Below, piece by piece: positions 14,673 through 27,467 of a stretch of 64,000 nucleotides of DNA. The position numbers and the translations under genes were made by a program. This DNA comes from Hydrurus foetidus. Lineage: Eukaryota. The notes beneath the pieces are model-generated. The model made no database searches. It saw only the letters and a list, made by a program, of their open reading frames with translations, and had not been told where the DNA came from. The DNA lies in the NCBI GenBank assembly GCA_900617105.1, contig UYFQ01000723.1, positions 186,001-250,000 of the forward strand, in the 5' to 3' direction. The number at the start of each line of letters is the position of its first letter. Position 1 is the stretch's first letter.

Positions 14673-16479
14673 TTATTGCTTGATAAACTTATCAACTACC
14701 GTTGCACCATTTGCAGTAATCACTTTCACTAAATACAAACCTTTTGCAAGTCCCGAAATTTTCACAACAGCAATATCATTGCGAAGGTTCGTGCCCAAGC
14801 AATCTCTCTGTAAACTATCTTTCCTAAATAATCAATAATCATCAATTCTTTTCGCTCCTTTGCTCTCTATTGTAACAATATCTTTAGCAGGATTGGGATA
14901 AACACTTATTCCTCCATTTCTAATTCCTAATTCCACATTCTGATTTCAGAGTATTGCTTTCTTCCATCTCTATCTATACTCTCAATTCTATAGTAAAGCT
15001 TACCGTCGACAGTTGACAGTTGACCGTCATCGGTATATCGGTATTCGTTCAACACATTATTATTGGCTGACACCTTACCAATATTTATAAAGTCTTTGTT
15101 GTTTATTGAGCGTTGAATATTAAAATGGCTGACATTAACTTCATTAGCTGTTTGCCATTTATTCTCAATAGTTTTATCATTCATCATTCTTAATTCATAA
15201 CTCATCATTCTTAAAGGTGTAACCACAGCCTTAATTATAGTTGTTGCTGTGCTGCTTTGTGGCGTTCTATAATTGTAATAAGTATTGGCTTTGTTGGTGA
15301 TAATCGTTCCTGCTGTTAAATTGCTTTGTGGCTTTACTTTAAAGCATACAAAGCCTATGCTTTTGGCCGCATTGCTGCTTGCTTTTGGCAGTTTGATATT
15401 CAGCAGTTCAAATGTTACTAGATTGCCTTTTACTGTTGTTTTACAAGTGTGTGAACTTGCAACCATTTGCAAGGTATTTGCTTTTAACAAACTGCTTAAA
15501 GTATCTGTTATTACTACATTGTAAGCTGTGTCATTACCTGTGTTTTAAATCCAATCGTATAAACAATATCCTTGCCGATGCTACTTGTGCATCTGTTAAA
15601 CTTGGGGTTACTCTTTGTCCATCTGTTGCTGCAACACCTCCTTCAACAATCATATAGAAACTATCTGTTTGAGAAATAGTTGATGCTGATATATTATAAA
15701 CCGTTGATAAAGTATCTCCAATATTAGCTGATGGTTTTACAGTGAAATAACTTATCAACTCATTTCTTTTCCTGGCTGCATATTTAATTCCCCTGTAAAG
15801 ATTCCATTGGCTACTGCAACAGCATTAACATCTGTACAAGAATCGTAACCCAATAAATAATTGTTATAACTAAGATTAACAGTAGGTGACAATACTGTTG
15901 TACCAACATTATCATATTGCACAAAATATGGCATTGCTCCACCTTGCACAGCATTCATCACCATTGGTATCACATTTATGGCAACACTGTCTTTACTACA
16001 GTTGGTTGCAGGGCAATATCTCTGGTAACTACTGTATCCCAACTTGTGAAATTGTAATTAATAGTTTGTGGCACTGCATTGTACAAATTAGAGCAGTTAC
16101 AGTTAATGTATATGCACCAATGCTATCTGCTTGTATTTGATAAAACCATTGTTATCTGTAAATGTATAATTGCCATTGCTTAATTGAACTTTTACATTGG
16201 ATTTGTATGGTTCTAATGTGTCTTTGATGGAGTTGGAATTGTGGTCTGTGAAAACTTGACCTTGAACAATTGGTTTGTTAATATAATGCTGCTGAAACCC
16301 TGTGTTAACAAAAACTACTAGCACTTGTTGTTGTAATAAAAGCTCTCAAAACGAATATGAAATAGACATATTCGTTTGTTTTTTACTCCGCCAGTCGCAA
16401 GAATACTTGGATATAATTGTTGAGTTCTGCCAACAATCATTAGTAAACACATACTTGTTATTAAATAAACTGTTTTCAT
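14673..16479 (-). CDS. T9SS-secreted protein (N-terminal GFQQ domain, DUF7619-like domain, type A CTD)
   Basis: Signal peptide; ILATGG..SISYSF..GFQQ; QGQVFTDHNSNSIKD; NTGNDTAYNVVITDTL; GFVCFKVKP; WQTANEVN; VYPNPA; GLYLVKV. Confidence 0.8.
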
Positions 16480-16488
16480 AGTAATGAT

Positions 16489-17428
16489 TTAAAAGTACGA
16501 ATAGCACGTACACATAGCAGAAAGTTGATGATTTTGATCCAGAACCAAGACCAGGATTATTGAGACCGATGTCCACACGTTAATGTTGGAAGACTCCGTA
16601 GATGTCCAATACGTTACAAATAATGTTATTGGTGGATGATAATACAACATTCTAGCTTTGAGGCAAACTATTAAGAATCTTATTTGAGAGCTCAACATTT
16701 TTCCATAGTTCTCTATTTCCCAGTAAGCAGGCAAAAATACCAATCTGTATATCCATTCAAAGTAGAGGTGTCGCAAATATATGCAGCACTTGTTGTGTGT
16801 CCTATCTGACTTATGATAGCTTGCGAATTTGCTTTACCATCAAAGGCTTTGAGCAGAACTTCCAATTAGTGTAGTAGTAATATTACTCCAGACATATTTG
16901 CCAGTGTCTGCATCTTTTGTTGCAACTATCAATCCCGTATTCAGCACCAATAGAATCTTTATAAACACTAAATACTATACCACCACCATAGTATTCACCA
17001 ATATAATGTTTAAACCCATTGCTTGTATTATTTGCTGTACCTGCATACAAAGCATAAGGTACACTCATCATTTGCTGTGTTCCTAAATCAAGCCAATTAC
17101 CTGTGCCATCTGCATCAATTTGTGTTTTAAAACTTATTATTCTTGCCCCAGTTAATACTAACGAATGTATTTGTAACAGCAGTTCCCAATCCAACACTTA
17201 AAGAAAATAAACCAAGCGTATTTGTTGTGGTGCTATGCGTTTCAACATAAACAGCTATGCCATTTGCAGCACTATCCAACACACTAAATTTTACTTGCAA
17301 ATTATGATTAGCAATTGGCGAACCAGTTAAGTTTCGGGCAATTGCTTGAAATGCTATGCCCTGTGGGGCTTGTGCTGTTACACTTAAAATACTTACTAAT
17401 AAACTTGCAAGTAATAAAATCTTTTCAT
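16489..17428 (-). CDS. DUF1566 (C-type-lectin-like) domain protein B with SVPYA N-terminal domain
   Basis: FQAIARN..VYVETH..TN.LGLFSLSVGLG..MSVPYALYA; HYIGEYYGGGIVF; GYTDW.LPA; YWTSTE; VRAIRTF. Confidence 0.8.
17182..17288. repeat. 107-bp direct repeat, copy 1 (copy 2 at 18180-18286)
   Basis: Manual alignment shows 1 mismatch in 107 bp. Confidence 0.9.
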
Positions 17429-17467
17429 AAATAAATATTAAGTACTAAAGTTATATTTTATATCAAA

Positions 17468-18426
17468 TTATTTAAAAGAACGAATCGCTCTAACTGGATG
17501 ATATGACGATTTTAAACGTCCGGTGGCTAAGCTAATAGGCATTGTGGTATATACTAATGCTTGTAGATGCCCGTTTGGATTTGGATATTCAGTAGAATTC
17601 CAATACTCCTTTCTTAAGCTAACGCCATTACTCCATTCTTCAATTGCAATAATATCTGCACCACTAATTGTTTTGAGTATTCTGTTAATAATATTTCGCC
17701 TATTGTATAACAATTGTAATTCATCTATTGAGGGTAAATACCAATCTGTTTGCCCACCCATCGTACTAGTATCACAAATAAATGCAGCACTCGTAATATG
17801 ACCTAGCTGGTTAATAATAGCTTGAGTATTTGCTTTGCCATCCGCATAGTTTTGTTCCCAATTAGGGCTGATAGAAACAGTATCCACATTGCTCCATATC
17901 GAACTATCTAAATCACTTAATGTTGCAATTAATCCGTGTTCAGTATAATTTGCATCTTTATATATTTCGAAAACAATTCCACCACCATAATTCACCAATA
18001 TAATGTTTAAATCCACTTGTTGTGTTTGCTGATGTTCCTGCATACAAAGCATAAGGCACACTCATCATTTGTTGTGTTCCTAAATCAAGCCAGGTACTTG
18101 TGCCATCGGCATCAATTTCTGTTTTTAAAACTTATTATGCTTACCCCATTCAATAGCAGAGAATGTATTGGTAACAGCCGTTCCCAATCCAACACTTAAA
18201 GAAAATAAACCAAGTGTATTTGTTGTGGTGCTATGCGTTTCAACATAAACAGCTATGCCATTTGCAGCACTATCCAACACACTAAACCTTACTTGCAAAC
18301 TATGATTTGCAATGGGTGAACCATTTAGGTTCGGGCAATTGCTTGAAACGCTATGCCTTGTGGGGCTTGTGCATCGACATTCCAAACACTCATTATTAAA
18401 ACAGCAATCAATAAAATTCTTTTCAT
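17468..18426 (-). CDS. DUF1566 domain protein A, tandem paralog of B
   Basis: Same N-terminal domain; GGGIVF, DGKANT, GGQTDWYLPSIDEL, YWNSTE, VRAIRSF. Confidence 0.85.
18180..18286. repeat. 107-bp direct repeat, copy 2
   Basis: Matches 17182-17288. Confidence 0.9.
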
Positions 18427-18444
18427 AAAAATTATTTACAGATC

Positions 18445-18452
18445 CAAATATA
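18445..18452 (-). promoter_or_regulatory. Bacteroidota -7 promoter element for the DUF1566 genes
   Basis: TATATTTG on the minus strand, 18 nt before the ATG; fits TAnnTTTG. Confidence 0.55.
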
Positions 18453-18681
18453 ATAGAAATCAATAAAAAAGCGATGAATATCAATAACATTCACTGCTTA
18501 TATCACTTATATAAAAACTACTATTTAGGCTCATTTGCTTTTTGGCTTTTGCTGTTTTAGCAACATTAGCTTCTGCTTTTACCTTTTATTGTTATTTTTA
18601 TTGTTTCAATTTATATGGATTACCATCTAGAAATTTACACATTCTATAAGCTGTCATTTTAGCATATCAACCTTTTCCAGA

Positions 18682-18918
18682 GACTACTCAAGACGAAGGA
18701 TCGACGGTAGATCGACGAACGTACACTTTGGCAGTTGTAGTTATTTCAATATCAACCCTATTAAATACAAGCTATTTTGGAATCTTAATACTCCTTCTCA
18801 CTACTTAACATTTACTTCTCTCATCTTTCGTTCATCCTTCGTTTATCCTTCGTTGCTACTCCCAGTATAAGCCTAGGTAACGCCCACCTAACGCCTATGT
18901 AAAGCCTATCTAGGCTAT
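18682..18918. repeat. 11-bp-phased degenerate repeats with inverted arms
   Basis: gacgaaggatc/gacggtagatc/gacgaacgtac; catctttcgtt/catccttcgtt/tatccttcgtt; gtaacgcccac/ctaacgcctat/gtaaagcctat. Confidence 0.8.
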
Positions 18919-19015
18919 TATTCAATTATTCCTAATAACTCCCATTAAGTAAAATACTTTGTAAAAACATCAAACCAAACCGTCTTGCTTTGTTTCTTTG
19001 CACAAACACATTGGT

Positions 19016-20623
<1,608 letters not shown>

Positions 20624-20748
20624 CGTGTTTGGCGTGTTTTTAAACTATAATTCTCTACAATAAGTTCTTTTTTCAATATTTATTTTGCACAGAAAATATT
20701 CATACCTATATTTTTGCACCCCAATCAAAGAAATTTGATTGTGCGGAT

Positions 20749-20818
20749 TGGGTTATTGTGTAATGGTAGCACTACAGTTTTGGTTCTGTCTGTCTAGGTT
20801 CGAATCCTGGTAACCCAA
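20749..20818 (+). tRNA. tRNA-Gln(TTG)
   Basis: TGGGTTA/TAACCCA acceptor stem, D-loop TAATGGTA, GGTTCGAATCC T-arm, TTG anticodon; anticodon stem one base short (likely read error). Confidence 0.88.
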
Positions 20819-20819
20819 C

Positions 20820-20850
20820 AAAAAGCCTCGAAATATTTCGAGGCTTTTTT
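20820..20850. terminator. Bidirectional terminator
   Basis: AAAAAGCCTCGAAATATTTCGAGGCTTTTTT. Confidence 0.85.
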
Positions 20851-20852
20851 AG

Positions 20853-21335
20853 TTATAATATCATCGTTTTTCTATTTGGTAGCTTTTCATTCAACAAAGC
20901 CCTCAACTCGTGCAATATATCATCAGTAACGCCTTCTTTTGGTAATATAAAAAGACTTTTGTTAAAATATAAATGAAAGAAGTATGGGCTTTCAAAGAAG
21001 TAAGTAAACTTATTCCAATCCCAAGTAACATAACCTTTATCATTATCTAATCTAAAAGAATTTTCGTTAATGTGTGCAGGTAAAATCCTCTTTGAATGTA
21101 GTTGATTTTTTGTAGATGCTATATGGCAAAATGTACCAAACTGCACTAACATCAATAACCAAACAATTGTGCCAAGTAAAAGGTTCTGGTCGTATTGTTT
21201 TTGATAAAACAATATGGCAGATGCAATGGCAAAACATTCACCAAAATCATCATTATCTTAATTTCTCTTTGGGCTATAAAGTGCAGTCTTAAAGCCTGAA
21301 TCACTTTTCTTATCGTAACTAAAACTAAATTCCAT
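20853..21335 (-). CDS. YcxB-like membrane protein
   Basis: Two TM helices, then WDWNKFTYFFESPYFFHLY..LFILPK. Confidence 0.65.
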
Positions 21336-21432
21336 AAGGTGGTAAAGTAGGGAGATGCTGTTTTGCCAGCATAAAATTTTAACACCACCTTAAACTTTTA
21401 TGAATTATTTCGTTGTCAGCATCTAAAGGCTA

Positions 21433-22072
21433 ATGAAAAGAAATGGAAAATATTTTTAGTAATAATAGTGGTGATAATAACTACTATTATCTTAATCATC
21501 CCAAGATTCACCAAATATCACTTGCCCATTACAATTAAAGCAAAACCCAAAGAGATTAATAAAAGAATTTCTATTCATCAAACAAAAAGCAAAAGAATTA
21601 AAACTATATTGTAAATCTCATCAATATTCAACATCGTTTGTAATGCATTTTAGATATGAATCTTCACAGCGGTAAAAGCGTTTTTATGTATATGATTTTG
21701 AAAAGGATACTATTGTTTCTGCTGGTTTGGTGGCACACGGCAGTTGTAATGAATATTATTTATCTAATGCAAAATTTAGCAATAAAGCAGGCTGTGGTTG
21801 CAGTGCTTATGGCAGATATAAAATAGGAAATTCATATCCTGGAAGATTTGGTAAAAGCTTATAAACTTTATGGCCCAGACACTAGCAATAACAATGCTTT
21901 TGAAAGAAACATCGTGCTTGCACGCTTATGATTGTGTACCAGATGAGGGCAAGCTACCCTCAACCCATTTGTAATAGTTTAGGTTGCACAATGGTTTCTT
22001 ATTCTTTTCTCAAAACAGTATCTAACTATATTGATAAAACAAAAACCACTAGTGCTTTGGATGCTGCACTAA
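21433..22072 (+). CDS. Murein L,D-transpeptidase catalytic domain family protein
   Basis: DMNLHSGKKRF, GLVAHGS, FSNKAGCGCS, NNNAFERNIVLH, SLGC. Confidence 0.8.
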
Positions 22073-22098
22073 TGGCTTAAAATATTTGTATTTAATTC

Positions 22099-22960
22099 TT
22101 ATAATTTGTAACTAAAACCAATTCCTATACCGTGTTGCAATTGCGAATTCACCAACTTCAATCATTATATCTTAAATTAATACTAACAGTAGCACCAATA
22201 TATTGTTACCGAGAATTAAATAGGTTTGTCCAGTCAACAATAATCATCTGGCTTATTCAAATAATCGCTATAAAATGTAGCAAAGCCTTTATAAGTGATG
22301 CCTTTAGCTACAATATAATCTGCTTTAAATTGTGCAAAAGAACCTAACCTAGTTTGGTTGTTTTAGCAGAGTCAACACCATAAAGATTTACATTTTTATC
22401 CTCAGTAGCAAACTTTGTAGTAAGGTTTGCCATAACGGAAAACATAACAGAGAAATGTGCATTAGCATATAACAAACCTGGGCCTAAACGAATTTCTCCT
22501 GGCGATAAAAATATTTATCGAACTGAGAATTTAAACTAAAGAGTGCAGAAAAACTTAAACTTTTTAACTTCTTTGGCGATGATAGAAGTGATATTTATAT
22601 TGTCATCTGTTTAACAAAACCATTTCCTGCTGATGAAAGTCTTGATAAACCATACCTCATTCTCACATTATTAAGCCAATTCGTTTTGCCTTTTTATGGT
22701 CAAAGTCATAGTCAATTAATGCTTTAATACCAATTGCTTGTTCTTCTCCACCTTTAACAACACCCCAAGCATTATTTCTTCCTGCTTCTGTAAGGTTTAG
22801 GTTGAAAGAGCCACTTTTGCCCAGCCATCTTTAAGTTCTTTAGTTTTGTTAGCGTAGAAATATTTTCTGTTGCTTTACTTTTTGCGGCATCTGTGCTGGC
22901 TTGTGATATGGCTTTGTTAGAGAACAACAATATCAATAATGGGGTCAAAAATCTTTTCAT
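22099..22960 (-). CDS. DUF3078 outer-membrane protein
   Basis: Signal peptide; NNAWGVVKGGE; SPGEIRLGPG; ends GIGFSYKL. Confidence 0.6.
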
Positions 22961-23017
22961 CTAATCTTATTTATTTAGAATTATTTTTCTAAAACGAATA
23001 AGAGTATCATAAAATTG

Positions 23018-23820
23018 TTACTCATCAGAAGAATCTTCTGCGTTTGCTGCAATATCTGCAGCAGTTTCATCTGCAATTTCTTGCTCACGATTCTCGTTCC
23101 ATTCAACAATAAAATTGTTTCTGCCTTCGCCATAATCAACTTCATATAGCGTGAAAGCTCCAATAAAGATAGAAATAAAATATAGCGTGAATTCTGTTCT
23201 CACAAATTTCAAATACTTTTCAAAAGTTACTGTCTTTTCCTTCATCACAAAATCACTCATATAATCACGACTGCCCTCCATTGTATAGTTGTATTTACAA
23301 CTGTATGCAGGTTTGTTCTGTCTTTCTGCACACACAACATCACTTTTCAAAAGCTTTCATCAGCTTGAATAATGTAATATTTTGTATCTCTGTTCCCTCA
23401 CCACTCTCCTCTCCCACAGCAACTAATTCTCTTTGTAAATTACCACGTTTTATCATCAGCATTCTTGTAGCTTCCATTTCAGCCATTTCGGCTGCCGCTT
23501 TTTAAAACGTTTATATTCTAGAGATTTTATCAACTAATTCTTGTCTAGGATCCACTTCATTTCCATCAGCATCAATTTCTTTTCTTGGTAATAAAAGACG
23601 TGCTTTGATTCTCATTAATGTTGATACAAACAAAATGAATTCACTACTCATTTCAATATTCAACTTGCCTTGAGAATGGATATAGTCTAGGAAATCATTG
23701 GTAATTTTTGTAATAGGTATATTGTAGATATCAATTCATCTCTTTCAATAAAGAAAAGCAACAAATCAAACGGTCCTTCAAATTGAGGTAGTTTGATTTG
23801 GTATTGATTGAGTTGTTCAT
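23018..23820 (-). CDS. scpA: Segregation and condensation protein A
   Basis: LPQFEGPFDLLLFFIERDELDIYNIPI, SEFILF, DPRQEL. Confidence 0.9.
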
Positions 23821-23833
23821 AATTGCCAAAAAA

Positions 23834-23875
23834 CTTAGGTTTAGAGTTTAAAGTTTAAGTTTGAAGTTTGGAATT
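23834..23875. repeat. Degenerate heptamer tandem repeat
   Basis: ttaggtt tagagtt taaagtt taagtt tgaagtt tggaatt. Confidence 0.7.
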
Positions 23876-23939
23876 TTACCAATAAGCCACAGAATTGTAG
23901 AAATAATCTTCAAATCTGCGGCTAATAAAATATTTGAAA

Positions 23940-24355
23940 CTACTTTTTAATGAATCTCTAATCTCAATTAATAATTTATCAGTTGATGATGGTTCTGCTG
24001 GAGCAGCAGGTGCAGCCTCAGCTTCCTTCTTCTTCATTTTATTAATGGCTTTTATTACCATAAACATTACAAAGGCAACAACAATAAAGTCTACTACTGT
24101 GGTGATAAATACACCATATTTTACAAACACAGCAGCTGCAGTTTCTTTACCAGCTGCATCAATCTCGGCATCTTTAATTTTAAATTGCATTTTAGAAAAA
24201 TCAACACCTCCGTCAATTTGCAACGATTGGCATAATAATTCCTCAATAAAACTCGTTGTAACTTTTCCAAAGGCTCCTCCCATTACAAAAGCAATAGCCA
24301 TATCAACAAGATTGCCTTTCATTGCAAACTCTTTGAATTCTTTCATCATTCCCAT
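23940..24355 (-). CDS. mscL: Large-conductance mechanosensitive channel
   Basis: EFKEFAMKGNLVDMAIAFVMGGAFGK, YGVFI, LLIEIRDSL. Confidence 0.95.
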
Positions 24356-24417
24356 AAAATTAAGTTTTGGTTTTATTTAAAAAGCGAAAGTAGTTGTTTG
24401 TAGTAAAATTCTACAAA

Positions 24418-25140
24418 CTATTTTTCAATCAGGATACTGCATTTTAAGCCAGTTAGTAATTGGTGTAAAGCGGTTATAATAATATGTTCCTTATACCAGT
24501 TTGATCTGCTGGTGTAATTGTCCAAGGAATTTTATTGCAGTTGGTAAAACAATCTTGATAAGCACTCTTATATTCCTTCCAAAGTTTAGCTTCTTCAAAA
24601 TCTTTTGCATTGTATTTCCACTGTTTTTGAGGTCTTTAATTCTTTTTAAGTCTTAACGCTTGCTCTTCTTTACTAATATGTAAATAAAATTTTAGAATAT
24701 GCGTATTGTTATGTGTTGATATTAATTCTTCAAAATCATTAATAGCCTTCATTCTTAACTTAGCTGTTTTATCATCACACCACTTATGAACACGAGTAAT
24801 TAAAATATCTTCATAATGACTTCTATTAAAATCTGAATGGTTCCTTTTGCAGGTGCGTGTTGATAATTCGCCATAAAATCGTAGAGATAATTATCGGCAG
24901 TTAGACTTTATAACTTTACTAAAACGCCTGAGTTTAGTTTGCCAAAATATTTCTATGCTCATCTTTCCACTAGCATCCATTCCTTGAATAACCACAAAAC
25001 ACTATGCTTATTTTCGGCAAATAATAGGTTTTGTAAGTCATCTAATTCTTCAAGCAATTTTGCTGTTGCTGCTTTTGTTTGTTCTTTATCAAAGATTTTT
25101 GGGCTCTTGTACTTATTTTAGAAAGTTGTATTTGAGGCAT
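24418..25140 (-). CDS. ppk2: Polyphosphate kinase 2 family protein
   Basis: QGMDASGKD, FNRSHYEDIL, LKFYLHISKEEQ, PADQ.WY. Confidence 0.88.
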
Positions 25141-25187
25141 TGCAATTTTTTATAAGGTATGAGTTGAGTTATAATTTTTTGCAGGAA

Positions 25188-26010
25188 CTATTTGAAAACC
25201 TGCATAAATTTCAGTTTAATTTCACTAACACATCTAAAAGCCCAACCAAGCTGGGTTTAGTATAATATTGTTCGTTTATAATTTTACAGCTATCTAATAT
25301 CAAATTAAAGTTACCTCCTTTGCAACGCCTTTGGTGAAGTCATTTCAGAAACATTACCAATCATATTGTATGCATAATGCTATTGCCTAAATAGGTTTCT
25401 TACATTACTGGGATAGTTCTGCATATTTTTTACTTTTAGTTTGCCATAAATATGAGTTGAAGTATCTTTTGTATTTGCATAACGTTGCCCCTTTTTATTA
25501 ACCATTTGCTCAAATCCATAAGGATAAACATTTACATCTAATTTTCCGATGCAGCTACTTCCCATTCTTCAATAGTTGGCAATCTATACCTATACTTTTT
25601 CCTTGAAATGGATTTTGCTTTGGTTCTCTTTCAAATAATCCATTTACTGCTTTACTTCTCCATTCGCAAAATGCAACAGCTTGCTCATAAGTAATTCCAA
25701 CTACAGGACGATAATTGAATGATGGATGTCTGAAATAATAATCATATCGAACATCAAAAGTAATTGTTGTGTCTTTGCCCAAACTGTTTGTATCCGGCAA
25801 GTTACTTATTGCACCAATTGAGTCTTTTTCTATATTCTCTAAGGCATATATAAACTCTCGCCAATGAACATTAGCAATTTCAGTTTCATCAATAAACAAA
25901 CTATCATTCAATTTTACTGTGCCTGGTGGAGTTTTATTTTTTGTTTTAATAGACTTTGTGGTGCTAAAAGCAAGCAAAAAATCATAGCAAAATTGATAAA
26001 ACCATTTCAT
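25188..26010 (-). CDS. Formylglycine-generating-enzyme (SUMF1)-like domain protein
   Basis: FIDETEIAN..W, YFRHPSFNYRPVVGITYEQAVAFCEWRS, RLPT.EEWE, GNVSEM, GFRC; 3' end approximate. Confidence 0.8.
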
Positions 26011-26109
26011 AAATTACAATTTAATACGTCGAAAATAACACTAACGTTCCAAAACTTTTACTCTCAACAAAATCCACCTAACAATTGTTAGCTTCAAGCC
26101 AATATTCAT

Positions 26110-26119
26110 TTACTTTTGC
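26110..26119 (+). promoter_or_regulatory. -7 promoter element upstream of paaA
   Basis: TACTTTTG matches TAnnTTTG. Confidence 0.5.
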
Positions 26120-26135
26120 AACCTAAAAGCATTTT

Positions 26136-27071
26136 ATGGAAATCAATTTTGAAGAATTGTTTTATCGAAAATTGATAAAGAAATAAAATAGAACCCAAAG
26201 ATTGGATGCACGAGAAATACAGACAAACCAATATTCGTCAAATTAGTCAGCACGCCCACAGTGAAATTGTTGGTATGTTACCCGAAGGTGCTTGGCTAAC
26301 AAGAGCCCCATCTTTAAAGCGTAAAGCTATTTTGCTTGCGAAGGTTCAAGATGAAGCTGGTCACGGCTTGTATCTTTATTCTGCAGCTGAAACCTTGAAC
26401 ATTAGCAGAGATGAAATGACAGAACAACTACTTACTGGCAAGGCAAAATATTCCTCCATTTTTAATTATCCAAGTTTAACTTGGGCAGATATAGGTGCTA
26501 TTGGTTGGTTGGTTGATGGTGCAGCCATTTTAAATCAAATAATGTTGTGTAGAACAAGCTATGGCCCTTATGCAAAACAATGGTGAGAATTTGCAAAGAA
26601 AGTTTTCATCAACGCCAAGGTTTTGAAATATTATTGGTTTTATCTCAAGGAACAGAAGAGCAAAAAGCAATGTGTCAAGATACAATTAATCGTTGGTGGT
26701 GGCCAAGTTTAATGATGTTTGGACCAACTGATAGTGAAAGCACTAACAGCGACCAAAGTATGAAATGGAAAATCAAACGCAAAACCAATGACGAGTTAAG
26801 ACAACAGTTTGTTGATATGTGTGTGCAACAAATTAAAGTGTTAAATATGACTTTGCACGATGCTGATTTAAAATGGAATGAAGAAAGAAAACACTACGAT
26901 TTTGGAGCAATAAATTGGGATGAGTTTTGCAAGTTGTTAAAGGAAATGGACCTTGCAATAAAGATAGACTAGATGCAAGAAACAAAGCTTGGAAAGATGG
27001 TGCTTGGGTAAGAAGCTGCTGTGGCTTATGCAGAGAAGAAGAAAAAAAGAGAACAAATTAAAGTTGCTTAA
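26136..27071 (+). CDS. paaA: Phenylacetyl-CoA epoxidase subunit A
   Basis: [47 protein letters not shown]. Confidence 0.95.
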
Positions 27072-27082
27072 TTATAAAAACT

Positions 27083-27428
27083 ATGTTACTAAAAAATATT
27101 ACTACGGCGATTATGGAGAAATTGAAGGTGGTATTTCTTCAAATAAATCTGAAAAAGAGTTTCCTCTTTGGGAAGTTTTATTCGAAGTAAACAAGGCTTA
27201 GATCACAAGCACGTTGGTAGTCTGCACGCTGCTGATGCAGCTATGGCAATGGAAAATTCAAGGGATGTTTATACACGTAGAATGGAAGGTGTAAGTATTT
27301 GGGTTGTTGAAAGTAAATACATTCACGCATCAAACCACGATGAAGCCGAAAGTCTATATGAACCATCAATGGATAAAATTTATCGTCATCCAACTTTTAT
27401 AATTTACGATGAAGTAGGACATATGTAA
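27083..27428 (+). CDS. paaB: Phenylacetyl-CoA epoxidase subunit B
   Basis: PLWEVFIRSKQGLDHKHVGSLHAAD, RDVYTRR.EG, YRHPTF. Confidence 0.93.
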
Positions 27429-27429
27429 A

Positions 27430-27455
27430 GCCTCCCCAACCCCTCCAAAAGGGCT
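27430..27455. repeat. GC-rich REP-like half element
   Basis: gcctccccaacccctccaaaagggc; resembles the nadB insertion arms. Confidence 0.55.
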
Positions 27456-27467
27456 TTAAAATTTGAA

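Noticed and set aside
16489..18426. Diversity-generating retroelement targeting the DUF1566 genes
   Set aside because: No reverse transcriptase in the window, and the two 3' ends differ at all base types with indels rather than by adenine-specific changes. A remote DGR elsewhere in the genome cannot be excluded.
18520..18657. Small minus-strand ORF (MTAYRMCKF... / KAEANVAKTAKAKK)
   Set aside because: Needs a frameshift to exceed 19 codons and has no recognisable family.
18682..18918. CRISPR array
   Set aside because: Units are 11 bp, contiguous and degenerate, with no spacers and no cas genes.
16489..18918. Shufflon or invertible cassette locus
   Set aside because: The paralogs are in direct orientation, each has its own start and signal peptide, and no recombinase is nearby.
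20749..20818. Atypical or frameshift-suppressor tRNA
   Set aside because: The single missing base next to a T-run matches the window-wide indel error pattern.
20700..22100. Genomic island integrated at tRNA-Gln
   Set aside because: No integrase and no duplicated tRNA 3' end seen; flanking genes are ordinary.
25188..26010. FGE-domain gene as a DGR target or as gliding gene gldK/gldJ
   Set aside because: No template repeat or RT seen; too short for GldK/GldJ and no gldLMN neighbours.
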